From Candidatus Dormiibacterota bacterium (GTDB lineage Bacteria; Chloroflexota; Dormibacteria; Aeolococcales; Aeolococcaceae): a stretch of DNA of 64,000 nt. The DNA lies in NCBI GenBank assembly GCA_963718525.1, contig OY970355.1, positions 2,080,001 to 2,144,000 of the forward strand, read 5' to 3'. The position numbers were made by a program, and so were the translations under genes. The notes beneath the pieces were generated by a model, which was given only the letters and a program-made list of their open reading frames with translations, was not told the origin of the DNA and did no database searches. Shown here piece after piece: positions 20,492 to 30,273 of the stretch; positions within the stretch are counted from its first letter, which is position 1, and every line of letters starts with the position of its first letter.

Positions 20492-20536
20492 CGGCTGCGG
20501 CCGCATGCCTTCGCTACCAACCGACTGGGCGCGCTT

Positions 20537-21628
20537 TCAGGCTGAGCGTCCGAGTGCCTCGACAACCGCGTCCGCCACCTCAGCGGTCCCCACTGCGCTT
20601 GGGTCGTCCCGTTCGGCCTTCATATCGTAGGTCACGCTGCGTCCTTCGGCGATGACCTGCGCCAGTGCCCGCTCGAGCCGGTCGGCCGCGTCCTTCTCGC
20701 CGATGTAGCGGAGCATGAGGACGCCGCTGAACATCATGGCCATCGGATTCGCCTTGTTCTGTCCCGCATATTTCGGCGCGCTGCCGTGGGTGGCCTCGAA
20801 CATGGCCACACCGTCGCCGAAGTTTGCCCCGGCCGCGATACCGAGGCCGCCGATCATCCCTGCCCCGAGATCGGTGAGGATATCGCCATAGAGGTTGGGC
20901 ATGACCATGACGTCGTATATCTCGGGCTTTTGCACGAGCTGCATCGCCATGTTGTCGACGATGCGATCGTTGAACTCGATCTGCGGGAACTCGGTGCTCA
21001 CCTCCCTGGCAGTGCGCAGCCACAGCCCGTCGGTGTGCTTCATGATATTCGCTTTGTGAACGGCGGTGACCATATGACGCCCGTTGTCGATGGCCCACTG
21101 GAACGCGAAGCGGAACACGCGCTGTGTCCCGAAGATCGAGATCGGCTTGATGCTGATGCCCGCATCGGAGCGGATCTTCCTTCCGTTGAGACGTTCGATG
21201 TCCGCGATGAGCTCGAGCGTCTCGGGCTCACCGACGGCGAACTCGATACCCGCATAGAGGTCCTCGGTGTTCTCCCGCACCACGACAAGGTCGATGTCCT
21301 CGAAGCGACTGCGTACCCCGGGGTACGACTTCAGCGGGCGTACCAGGGCGAAGAGATCGAGCTCGCGGCGAAGCGCCACGTTGACGGACCGGATGCCCGA
21401 CCCGATCGGCGTTGTGAGCGGGCCCTTGAGCGCAACCTTGTTCCGCCGGATGGAGTCGACCACCGCCGGGGGCAGCGGGTCACCGGTTGCTTCCATGACG
21501 GCGAGGCCGGCGTTGTGGACCTCCCACGAGATCTCGACACCGGTCGCATCGATGGCCCGGCATGCCGCAGCGCTTAATTCGGGGCCGACCCCGTCGCCCG
21601 GAATGATGGTGATTGTGTGTCGCGCCAT
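20537..21628 (-). CDS. icd: Isocitrate dehydrogenase (IDH/IPMDH family)
   Basis: IPGDGVGPE, ALKGPLTTPIG.GIRSVNVALR, RENTEDLY, HKANIMK.TDG, NLYGDILTDL, FEATHGSAP. Confidence 0.82.
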   Translation of the reverse strand: MARHTITIIPGDGVGPELSAAACRAIDATGVEISWEVHNAGLAVMEATGDPLPPAVVDSIRRNKVALKGPLTTPIGSGIRSVNVALRRELDLFALVRPLKSYPGVRSRFEDIDLVVVRENTEDLYAGIEFAVGEPETLELIADIERLNGRKIRSDAGISIKPISIFGTQRVFRFAFQWAIDNGRHMVTAVHKANIMKHTDGLWLRTAREVSTEFPQIEFNDRIVDNMAMQLVQKPEIYDVMVMPNLYGDILTDLGAGMIGGLGIAAGANFGDGVAMFEATHGSAPKYAGQNKANPMAMMFSGVLMLRYIGEKDAADRLERALAQVIAEGRSVTYDMKAERDDPSAVGTAEVADAVVEALGRSA

Positions 21629-21759
21629 GCTGTTGCGGTCCTCCAGATTGAGTGGCAGGGAATCGAACGACGGCGCGGATGCGAGCTTCTGTTCCGATCA
21701 GCGCCTGTCAACGGGCATTGGATGTCTCTCGTGCGGCTGTGCCGGGACTACCCACCACT

Positions 21760-22653
21760 TTATCGACCGGCGGCAAGCCTGGCGTCGAGCACTTCGTAGG
21801 CAGGGTAGTTCAGCGAGGCCTCCATGTCCTCTCGGGTGGACATGCGATCGAGCAGCGAGGCCGTGGTGCCAGTATCGCGGATTGCGATGTACGCGTCCAT
21901 CTGGGCACGTGCGGCAAGTCGCATCGACGTGGTCGGCCAGATCACCATCTTGTAGCCCATCTCCTCCACCTGGGCAGCCGTGAAGGCGGGAGTCTGCCCG
22001 AACTCCGTGAGGTTCGCAAGGAGCGGTGCAGCAACACGTGTAGCGAACTCACGGAACATGGACTCACTCGTCAGCGCCTCGGGAAAGACCGCATCGGCGC
22101 CTGCGTCGAGGTAGCGAAGACTGCGTGCGATGGCTCCGTCGAGCCCCTCGCTCTCGAGAGCATCCGTACGGGCGACGATGACCATGTCCCGCCGTGCCAT
22201 CACGGCCGCCCTGATCCGGATCACCATGTCCTCCACCGTGGCCATGCGCTTGTCGCGCAGATGTCCGCACTTCTTGGGCAGGATCTGGTCTTCGATGTGC
22301 ACGGCAGCAGCGCCGGCATCCTCGAAGGCGCGAACCATGTAGGCGACGTTGAGCGCTTCGCCGTGCCCGGTATCACCGTCCACGAGCACCGGCAGATTGG
22401 TGGCGTGGACAACCTGCCGGATGAAGAAGCACACGTCGTCAATGGTGATCACCCCGACATCGGGCAGCCCCATCGACGCCGACATGGCGGCGCCGGACAG
22501 GTAGAGGGCTTCGAAGCCGGCATTCCTCGCCTGAATAGCGGCAAGGCCGTTGTGCGCACCCGGCATGAGCACGGCGCCGGGCCGCTCCAGCAACTGCCTC
22601 AAGCGGAGACCCAGCGAGCCCGTGGGCGTGACGAGACCGATGGAGTCGACCAT
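21760..22653 (-). CDS. prpB: Methylisocitrate lyase-like (ICL/PEP mutase family)
   Basis: YLSGAA, DGDTGHG, IEDQILPKKCGHL, ARTDA, ANLTEFGQTP. Confidence 0.85.
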   Translation of the reverse strand: MVDSIGLVTPTGSLGLRLRQLLERPGAVLMPGAHNGLAAIQARNAGFEALYLSGAAMSASMGLPDVGVITIDDVCFFIRQVVHATNLPVLVDGDTGHGEALNVAYMVRAFEDAGAAAVHIEDQILPKKCGHLRDKRMATVEDMVIRIRAAVMARRDMVIVARTDALESEGLDGAIARSLRYLDAGADAVFPEALTSESMFREFATRVAAPLLANLTEFGQTPAFTAAQVEEMGYKMVIWPTTSMRLAARAQMDAYIAIRDTGTTASLLDRMSTREDMEASLNYPAYEVLDARLAAGR

Positions 22654-22657
22654 GGGT

Positions 22658-22672
22658 CATATATCATATATA
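22658..22672. promoter_or_regulatory. Operator motif A (TATA-N3-TATA)
   Basis: CATATATCATATATA between divergent prpB and tartrate-dehydrogenase genes; contains minus-strand TATGAT. Confidence 0.65.
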
Positions 22673-22761
22673 AATCGAGTCCTGAGCTTCGTCCCCGACG
22701 AGCCGGGGTCATTGCGGCCGCCGAGATCCCTCGGCGCATCAGCACAGGGGTGATCTGAGGC

Positions 22762-23802
22762 ATGCAGCGGATTGCAGTCATCGCCGGAGACGGGATCGGC
22801 AGAGAGGTCGTGCCTGCCGGGATACGCGTGCTCTCGAGCGTGTGTGACCTCGATTTTCACGAGCTCGACTGGGGCTCTGATCTCTACCTGCGGACCGGCG
22901 CGATGATGCCTGACGACGGCCTCGAGGTACTCGATGACTTCGACGCCATCTACCTCGGTGCCGTGGGCGTCCCTCAAGTCCCTGACCACGTGACCTTGTG
23001 GGGGCTGCTGCTGCCGATTCGCAAAGCATTCGAGCTGTACGTCAACGTCCGGCCCGTCAACCTGCTGCGCGGAGTGCGGGGGCCACTGGCCGATCGCGGG
23101 CCCGAGGACATCGACATGCTCTTCATCCGTGAGAACACGGAGGGTGAGTACTCGGGCGCCGGTGGACGCGTCCATACCGGCACATCGCTGGAAGTCGCCG
23201 TGGAGGTGCCGGTATTTACGCGAGCCGCCATCGAGCGGACCGTGCGGTACGCATTCGACCGTGCGCGGGAGCGTTCCGGTTCGCTCACCAGTGTGACCAA
23301 GTCCAACGCGAGCCGGTACACCTATGTGCTCTGGGACCAGGTCGTCGAGGAGGTGCACCAGGAATACGCGGACGTCGTGCTGGATCGTGTCCTCGTGGAC
23401 GCGATGGCGGCGCGTATGGTGCTCCGACCCGACGCGGTGGACGTCGTGGTGGGCTCGAACCTGTTCGCCGACATCCTCACCGACCTCGGTGCTGCGCTGC
23501 AGGGCGGGCTCGGGCTCGCCGCGAGCGGGAACATCGATCCGAGCGGCCGCCATCCGTCGCTGTTCGAGCCCGTTCACGGGTCGGCACCGGACATCGCCGG
23601 ACAGGGAGTTGCCAATCCGATGGGCGCCGTCCTCAGCGGGGCGATGATGCTCCGTCACCTCGGCGAGGTCAACGCCGCGCAGCGTGTCGAAGCTGCCGTC
23701 GCCCTGGTCGTCGAACGCGGGGAGACGCTCACGCCGGATCTCGGCGGCACCGCGGGCACCTCCGAGGTCACCGAGGCGCTCATCGCCGCCCTCGCCACCT
23801 GA
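22762..23802 (+). CDS. Tartrate dehydrogenase / D-malate dehydrogenase (decarboxylating)-like
   Basis: GDGIGREV, VPDHVTLWGLLLPIR, RENTEGEYS, TKSNA, SNLFADILTDL, FEPVHGSAPDIAG. Confidence 0.85.
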   Translation: MQRIAVIAGDGIGREVVPAGIRVLSSVCDLDFHELDWGSDLYLRTGAMMPDDGLEVLDDFDAIYLGAVGVPQVPDHVTLWGLLLPIRKAFELYVNVRPVNLLRGVRGPLADRGPEDIDMLFIRENTEGEYSGAGGRVHTGTSLEVAVEVPVFTRAAIERTVRYAFDRARERSGSLTSVTKSNASRYTYVLWDQVVEEVHQEYADVVLDRVLVDAMAARMVLRPDAVDVVVGSNLFADILTDLGAALQGGLGLAASGNIDPSGRHPSLFEPVHGSAPDIAGQGVANPMGAVLSGAMMLRHLGEVNAAQRVEAAVALVVERGETLTPDLGGTAGTSEVTEALIAALAT

Positions 23803-23836
23803 GCCTATCGTCGACGTGCGATAGTCGAACGAGACG

Positions 23837-25189
23837 CTAGGCCACCGCGACCCGGGTGCAGATCGCGCGGATCTCGTCGTCGGTCAAGGAGCGGCGGCGC
23901 ACGGTGGCGTCATCAACGATTGCCTGCCAGATGAGGGGAATCTTCTCCCGGTCGACGGTGATCCCAAGCTGATCCAGCTTGTCCTGGACCGTCCACATGC
24001 CGCTGGTTCTGTTGACGATCCACTCCTTCTCTGCGCCGACGAGTGACGGCTCGTAGGCCCAGTGGAGGAGGGGCTCAACCTTGAGCTCCTGGACGACGAT
24101 CTCGGTCCCTCCCCAGTTGTGCGCCCCGCGACCGGTGACGGCATGTGCGGCAGCGAGCTGCACACCGCTGATGTCCTCGACAAGGCGCGCGAGCGAATTC
24201 ATCTGATCGAGGTGAATGCCGGTGTGCACCCCATACAGCACCTCGAGGGCCGTCGCCATCTGGGCAAGGTCCACCTGACCGGCGGTCGCCGAGATTCCGT
24301 TGACCGAGACCTCGGTGACCTCCGCGCCGGCGTGTACGGCGGCGAGCGCGCACGCCACTCCCAGGCCGAACGCATTTCGGATGTACGTACCGATTCGACA
24401 TCCCGGTGCATACCGGCGAACCATGGACACGATGTGATTCCAGCCCTCGGGAGCGATCCCCGCGGCACCGTCCGAGAGCCAGATCTCGTCGACGCCTGCA
24501 GCATGCATCGCGGTGCAGTAGCGCTCGAGATGGTTGTCGTCCACAAGGGTGAGGAGGTTGATGCCGGTGCTCGCGCGCAGGCCGTGGAACCGGATGCGTG
24601 CGATCAACTGCACCCCGCGCTCGATCTCCTGGTCGAGTGTGGTGGGCACGCCCAGCGTGCGCCAGTCACCCCCCGCCCATGAGGTGCGATACGCCTCGGA
24701 CCAGTAGATCGGCGTTGCCTCGGGCAGCGCAGGCATCCAGAACTCGGCGAGGGTCACGCCCACCTCGGCGGCGATGTCGACCATAGCTTCGGTCTGGGTC
24801 GCGCCCATCTTGACGCCGAGATCCGGCCGTATCGATTTGAGATGGGTCACCTCATCACGCAGCGCCGCCGCCGACATGCCCCAGCCATGCGCGGACACCT
24901 CGATCTCGGGAACGCCCGCTTCGAGAAGCGCCTCGCCGAGGCGCCGGCGTTGCGCGCGGTCCACGGTGACGCCTGGCGTCTGCTCGATGACCCGCAACGT
25001 GATGTCGCGCAACGTCGTCGAGTGGGGATAGTGGTCCGGGAATGGTGCTCCGAGGACCGACGGATCCCGGTTGTATGGGCTCACCGCCCAGCGACCGGGT
25101 TCGAAGCTCCCCGGGCGCCGCCTGCGCGCGAATGCCTCCTGGATGTGTCGAACTTCGTCAGGCGTCAGATGCGGCGACGGTGCGGCCAC
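23837..25189 (-). CDS. LeuA/homocitrate-synthase-like DRE-TIM protein with altered catalytic motifs
   Basis: DITLRVIEQTPGV (canonical DTTLRDGEQ), YIRNAFGLGVA (canonical HxHNDxGLA), SVNGI, YEPSLVG; GGAGGAG RBS. Confidence 0.75.
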   Translation of the reverse strand: MAAPSPHLTPDEVRHIQEAFARRRRPGSFEPGRWAVSPYNRDPSVLGAPFPDHYPHSTTLRDITLRVIEQTPGVTVDRAQRRRLGEALLEAGVPEIEVSAHGWGMSAAALRDEVTHLKSIRPDLGVKMGATQTEAMVDIAAEVGVTLAEFWMPALPEATPIYWSEAYRTSWAGGDWRTLGVPTTLDQEIERGVQLIARIRFHGLRASTGINLLTLVDDNHLERYCTAMHAAGVDEIWLSDGAAGIAPEGWNHIVSMVRRYAPGCRIGTYIRNAFGLGVACALAAVHAGAEVTEVSVNGISATAGQVDLAQMATALEVLYGVHTGIHLDQMNSLARLVEDISGVQLAAAHAVTGRGAHNWGGTEIVVQELKVEPLLHWAYEPSLVGAEKEWIVNRTSGMWTVQDKLDQLGITVDREKIPLIWQAIVDDATVRRRSLTDDEIRAICTRVAVA

Positions 25190-25230
25190 AGGCTCCTCCT
25201 GTCGTGGTGCGCGGGTCCGACGTACGATCC

Positions 25231-26322
25231 TCAGCCGGCATCGAGTGCAGCCAGGACGGCTTTCGTCAGGCCTTCGGTGGTCGCGGTCCCGCCTAGGTCA
25301 GGCGTGCGTGTGTCGCCCGACGCGAGCGTTCGCGCAATTGCCGAGTCGACATCGTCTGCCACGGCTATCAGGTCGGGCTCTCCGTGCACTCTGCTGAGCC
25401 AGCGCAGCAGCAGCGAACCGGAAAGGATCTCGGCGATGGGATTGGCGATGCCCATGCCGGCGATGTCGGGTGCGGATCCATGCACGGCCTGCGCCATGGC
25501 GTGATCATCACCAATGTTCAACCCCGGGGCGAGACCCAGGCCGCCGACGAGTCCGGCCGCCTCGTCGGAGAGGATGTCGCCGAACATGTTCGTGGTCACC
25601 ACCACGTCGGCGACCTCGGGGCGGAGGATGAGGCGCATCGCGAAGGCATCGACCAGAAAATCATCGAACGCGATGTCTGGATTCTCGGCCGCGACATCAC
25701 GGCAGCACTCGAGGAAGAGGCCGTCGCCGCGGCGGAGCACGTTGGCTTTGTGCACGCACGTGACCTTTCGAAGTCCGTCACGCTCGCGAGCAAGTGCGAA
25801 CGCCTGGCGCGCGACCCGCATGCTCGCGCGCCGCGTGACCAGACGCACCGAGATCACCGTGTCCAGGTCGGGGCGGAGCTCGCCGTTGCCGTCGAGCATG
25901 TTGCGATCGGCGTAGAAGCCCTCGGTGTTCTCGCGGACGATCACCACATTCATATCGGGGTGCACGCATTCGACGCCGGGCCAGCCGCGCGCCGGGCGTA
26001 CGTTGGCGTACAGCTCGAAGTTCTTGCGCAGGTACCCGCTGGGGTTCACATAGCGCGCGTCACCCATGGGGTAATCACGATGAGAGACCGGCCCGAGAAT
26101 CCACCCCGGGATATCGGGAAGGGCTTCCCGCGTGCGGATCGGCAGCGTGCTCCCCTCGCTGTCAACCGAAGCCACCCCGGCCGGCAGCGGCACCCACGCG
26201 ATGTCGACGGCGTGCCGCTTCGCGGCGTGGTCGAGGATGCGAGTCGTCGACCGGACGATCTCCGGGCCGATGTCATCGCCCTCCATCACGGCGATCCTCA
26301 CCGGCGAGGTCTCGCCATTCAT
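25231..26322 (-). CDS. Isocitrate/isopropylmalate dehydrogenase family protein
   Basis: EGDDIGPEI, NPSG.LRK.F.LYANVRP, RENTEGFY, HKANV, NMFGDILSDE, HGSAPDIAG. Confidence 0.9.
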   Translation of the reverse strand: MNGETSPVRIAVMEGDDIGPEIVRSTTRILDHAAKRHAVDIAWVPLPAGVASVDSEGSTLPIRTREALPDIPGWILGPVSHRDYPMGDARYVNPSGYLRKNFELYANVRPARGWPGVECVHPDMNVVIVRENTEGFYADRNMLDGNGELRPDLDTVISVRLVTRRASMRVARQAFALARERDGLRKVTCVHKANVLRRGDGLFLECCRDVAAENPDIAFDDFLVDAFAMRLILRPEVADVVVTTNMFGDILSDEAAGLVGGLGLAPGLNIGDDHAMAQAVHGSAPDIAGMGIANPIAEILSGSLLLRWLSRVHGEPDLIAVADDVDSAIARTLASGDTRTPDLGGTATTEGLTKAVLAALDAG

Positions 26323-27263
26323 CCGCGTGGTGCGGCCGCCGGCACGACCCGGCGAGAGTTGGTCACTGCCATCGTGCACACCTCGCTTTCGGTGAAGCCC
26401 GCCTCGAGAAAACGATCTGCCATCAGCGCCATCCCATCTTCAACCGGCGGATTGTGCGGCTGGCCGAGATCGCTGGAGAACAGCGAGTGTTCAGTCCCGG
26501 CCGCGCGCACGTTCGCAAACAGCGCCTCCCAGCTGATGCGCCCGCCGTGCGGCGTTCCGAAGCATCGCTCCAGAAGACACCCGCGGTCGCCGAGCGCGCG
26601 CTGCTGCTCGGGCGCAAGTTGCTGCGAAGGGAAATCAGGGTGGGTGATGACGATTCGCTCCACGCCGGCCTCCTGTGCCGCGATGACCACGGGCAGGATT
26701 TCGTCACCGCCGAGATGCCCCGTGCAGAGCACGAGGTCGTGCTCCGCGACGAGCTCGAGGACGGTGTGCACCTCGGGGAGAACCTTTCCACCGGCATCAA
26801 TCATCCTGATCGGGGGCGGGCTGATGCCCTTCGCCTGCAGGTGATTCTTGAGCGCGAGCCAGCCCGGGGGGGTTCCCTGGCCGGCCGCTTCAGCGGCGTG
26901 CGCCTCGTTGATGGAATCGAAGGTCGGGAGCCACACGAACTTCCCGCCGCTGCGCGCGCAGATCTCCACTGCAACGGGGTTCACACCGCCCACAGGCCAG
27001 TTCAACGTGACCGCTCCGATCACCTCGACACCGGACGTGGCCTGCACGAGTGCGGCACGCTCCGCGGTCATCGTGTAGTGGGATTTGAGGACAAAACCGC
27101 CCAGCCCGAGTTGACTGAAACGCGCCGCCAGGCTGACGTCGTCGATGCGACGCTGCAGCACATCGGGAAGCACGTGAACGTGGAGGTCGTAGGCGCCCTG
27201 AAGGAGTTCTCGTGCTCGGTTTGAGGGGACCGGATGTGACTGCGCCTCCGCCTCACCCGCCAT
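26319..27263 (-). CDS. Amidohydrolase-fold protein (DUF6282-like)
   Basis: GAYDLHVH..PD, LKSHY, WLPT, TGHL, ITHP, SSDLGQ. Confidence 0.8.
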   Translation of the reverse strand: MAGEAEAQSHPVPSNRARELLQGAYDLHVHVLPDVLQRRIDDVSLAARFSQLGLGGFVLKSHYTMTAERAALVQATSGVEVIGAVTLNWPVGGVNPVAVEICARSGGKFVWLPTFDSINEAHAAEAAGQGTPPGWLALKNHLQAKGISPPPIRMIDAGGKVLPEVHTVLELVAEHDLVLCTGHLGGDEILPVVIAAQEAGVERIVITHPDFPSQQLAPEQQRALGDRGCLLERCFGTPHGGRISWEALFANVRAAGTEHSLFSSDLGQPHNPPVEDGMALMADRFLEAGFTESEVCTMAVTNSRRVVPAAAPRG

Positions 27264-28731
27264 CGGCGGTGGCCTTCGATGCAGCACTGGCCTCGCCAAC
27301 GGCACCGGCTTGTGGCACGGTCAGCGCCATGAGCGCGCGTACATCGGGCGCATCCCAGGCACCCTCGAGCGCCGTCAGCAATTCGCCGGTCTGTTCGTCA
27401 CCAAGGCTCGGACGGACATTGCCACGGAACTTGCGCCGATGGTCCGCCGGCAGCATGGGATTGAGCCTGGTGCCGCGCTGGGCGGGCACGTCTTCCTCAA
27501 AGACCCGGCCGTCCACCGTCGTCAGGCGTACGCGAGCGGGGAAGGTGTCCGGAAGCATCGATGGATCCGCGTGGCAGAACACACGCGCAGCGAAATCGCG
27601 GATCTCCTGGTTGGCGAGCGTGGTCTCGTTGTAATCGTCGACCTCCACCGAGCCGAGCACCACAAGCATGGCCACGGAGTACTGGAGGCTGAACTTCATG
27701 TGATAGAGCGAGCGAGGGTTCAGCTTTGCGTCTCGAGGTTCGCAGACGAGCGGGATGCAGATCGGCGGCACGTAGCAGTCGATTCGGTCGACATCGCTGG
27801 TGGACAGGCCCTCGCGCTCGAGGATGGCCACGGTGCCGTCCATCGAGGCGTGATTCCACACGCCGTTTGGCCAGGGCTTGTAGGTCGTGTCCGGCAGGAT
27901 CCACCGCACTCCGAGACCGTCCGTGATCTGATCGAACTGGAAGGTCTCCTCGTCACCGTGCAGGAGTGCATTGAAGAACCCGAACTTCCCCTCGATCACC
28001 TCATGCGGGCCGGTGAACCCCTCGGCCGCGAGTTGCGCACACGTGATGCCGCCCTGCACCCCCCAGCCGGGATGGAGCTGCTTGACCCAGCTTCCGTCAA
28101 TCAAGGTCTGCATGAGGCCGGAGGACCTGCTGCCGGCCATCCCGAGCGCATTGGTCGTGGCCTCCTCGTCGAGGTTCATGAGCTTCGCGGCAATCGCAGC
28201 CGCGGCGAACGGGCCGGCGACACCGGTGCCATGGAGTCCACGATGGTGAAACTGGTGTGGGGGAGCCCCTGTGTTGATGCGCAGCGCGAGTTCCGCACCC
28301 GTCGCCATCGCCACGAGGCATTGGGCTCCGGTGGAGCCGGCAGCCTCAGCTGCAGCTAGAGCTGCCGGCACGGCGACGGAGCTGATGTGGACGGCTGCGA
28401 CGCCGTGCATGTCGTCGTAGTCGGCGCCGTGGCCCACAGCACCATTCACCCAACCCGTGAGCGGCGCGGGGAATCGACTCCCGAACACCATGCTGGTGGA
28501 TTCCGGCGTGCCACCTGACTTAATTGCCACTTTGTGGATGATGCCGGCCGATGCCGAGCGTGACCCGGCAATGCACACGCCGACCTGGTCGACGAGTCGC
28601 CAGCGGATATCGTCGGCCACGTCCGCGGGAAGGTCGGTGGCATCGACACCGACCGACCAGCGCGCGAGCTGTTCGGAGATGGTGCTCGTCGGTCGCGGAA
28701 CCCCGTTCGAGGGAGAGGCGTCTTGGCTCAC
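27253..28731 (-). CDS. MmgE/PrpD family protein (1)
   Basis: HGADYDDMH, HISS, GLHGTG, KQLHPG, YKPWP, KFSLQY. Confidence 0.92.
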   Translation of the reverse strand: MSQDASPSNGVPRPTSTISEQLARWSVGVDATDLPADVADDIRWRLVDQVGVCIAGSRSASAGIIHKVAIKSGGTPESTSMVFGSRFPAPLTGWVNGAVGHGADYDDMHGVAAVHISSVAVPAALAAAEAAGSTGAQCLVAMATGAELALRINTGAPPHQFHHRGLHGTGVAGPFAAAAIAAKLMNLDEEATTNALGMAGSRSSGLMQTLIDGSWVKQLHPGWGVQGGITCAQLAAEGFTGPHEVIEGKFGFFNALLHGDEETFQFDQITDGLGVRWILPDTTYKPWPNGVWNHASMDGTVAILEREGLSTSDVDRIDCYVPPICIPLVCEPRDAKLNPRSLYHMKFSLQYSVAMLVVLGSVEVDDYNETTLANQEIRDFAARVFCHADPSMLPDTFPARVRLTTVDGRVFEEDVPAQRGTRLNPMLPADHRRKFRGNVRPSLGDEQTGELLTALEGAWDAPDVRALMALTVPQAGAVGEASAASKATADGG

Positions 28732-28735
28732 CGGC

Positions 28736-28750
28736 AATATATCCTATATT
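28736..28750. promoter_or_regulatory. Operator motif A (TATA-N3-TATA)
   Basis: AATATATCCTATATT inverted repeat between two divergent MmgE/PrpD genes. Confidence 0.7.
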
Positions 28751-28872
28751 AAACGCTGCGGCGATCGCCCCGGGAAGCACCCCGGTCGTACCATGTCCAC
28801 GGCGGCGCGGAGGGAGTTTGCGTGACCCAGGAGTTTATGAGCGCGAGACGACAACGAGTGGAGGACGGCCCT

Positions 28873-30273
28873 GTGACTGATGCCACCGAGCACGCCGCTG
28901 TATTCATCACCGGGACGCGTCTTGCCGACGTGCCACCCACGGTGCTCGCGGCTGCGAAGCATTCCATGCTCGACGGATTCGGTCTCGCCGTCGCAGGATC
29001 GCGGACGGAGGCTGCGCGGATTGCGCGCGACGAGGTGGGCTCGTATCGGTGCGCAGCCGTTGATGCTGCAGCCCTGGGAACGACGCTGCGCGTTCCACCC
29101 CGATTTGCCGCGTTCCTCAATGGTCTGGCGGTTCATGCGGATGACTACGACGACACACAGCTCGCCACCTTGCCCGATCGCGTGTATGGCCTCCTGACGC
29201 ATCCGACGGCTCCCGTGTTGCCGGCGGCGCTTGCGCTCGGGGAGGCGGGTGGACGGACCGGCGCCGACGTGCTCCTCGCCTACGTGGTCGGAGTCGAGGT
29301 CGAAACCAAGGTCTCCGAAGCGATCAACCCGCGTCACTACGACGAGGGCTTCCATTCGACCGGGACCGTCGGCACGATCGGGTCGGGCGCCGCAGCCGCG
29401 TCCATCCTGGGGTTGACGCCCGAACTCACGCGGACCGCGCTGAGCATCGCGGCGTCACAGGCGGCGGGGCTGCGCGAGAACTTCGGCACCATGACCAAGC
29501 CGTTCCACGCGGGCCGTGCGGCGGAGAGCGGTCTGCTCGCCGCGTCGATGGCACAGCGTGGGTTCACTGCGGCGAACAACATCCTCGAGTCGCGACGAGG
29601 CTTCTTCAGCGCCGCCGGCGGAGGGTACGAGCCGTCAGCGTTCACTCCCGGATCGCCCTGGACGTTCGATGCTCCGGGTGTGTCGATCAAGCCACATCCG
29701 TCGGGCTCCCTGACGCATCCGGCGATGTTCGCGCTCATGGAGCTCCTCACCGAGCACGACATTCAAACCGCCGACATCGAGCAGGTGTCCGTCGGGACGA
29801 ACCGGCACATGCCCAACGCGCTGATCCACCATGACCCGCACGATCACCTGGCGGCGAAGTTCAGCATGGAGTTCTGCATGGCCATCCTGTGCATCGAGCG
29901 GCGTGCGGGCCTGGCCGAGTTCACCGATGCGGTCGTGATGCGGCCCGATGTCAAGGACATGATGCGGCGCGTCAGATTCGAGGTCGACCCCGAGGCCGAA
30001 GGCGCCGGTTACAACAACATGACCAGCATCGTGCGGATTCGCCTGCGCAATGGCACGACGCACGAGGGCAGAGCAGCCTTCGGGAAGGGAAGCCCGCAGA
30101 ACCCCATGTCCGAAGCCGAGGTCCGTGCGAAGTTCATGGAGTGCATCGATGCGGGTGGGATCGGCGCCGAGGCGGGATCGCGTGCCGCCGACCTGATCCT
30201 CGACATCGAGCATCAGCGTGACGTCCGACAGGTGATCAGCCTGCTTACCAGCGCTCCGGGCTCAACGCCCTAG
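28873..30273 (+). CDS. MmgE/PrpD family protein (2)
   Basis: GGAGG before GTG 28873; HADDYDD, THPTAP, GFHSTGT, GLRENFGTMTKPFHAG, IKPHP, KFSM. Confidence 0.92.
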   Translation: MTDATEHAAVFITGTRLADVPPTVLAAAKHSMLDGFGLAVAGSRTEAARIARDEVGSYRCAAVDAAALGTTLRVPPRFAAFLNGLAVHADDYDDTQLATLPDRVYGLLTHPTAPVLPAALALGEAGGRTGADVLLAYVVGVEVETKVSEAINPRHYDEGFHSTGTVGTIGSGAAAASILGLTPELTRTALSIAASQAAGLRENFGTMTKPFHAGRAAESGLLAASMAQRGFTAANNILESRRGFFSAAGGGYEPSAFTPGSPWTFDAPGVSIKPHPSGSLTHPAMFALMELLTEHDIQTADIEQVSVGTNRHMPNALIHHDPHDHLAAKFSMEFCMAILCIERRAGLAEFTDAVVMRPDVKDMMRRVRFEVDPEAEGAGYNNMTSIVRIRLRNGTTHEGRAAFGKGSPQNPMSEAEVRAKFMECIDAGGIGAEAGSRAADLILDIEHQRDVRQVISLLTSAPGSTP

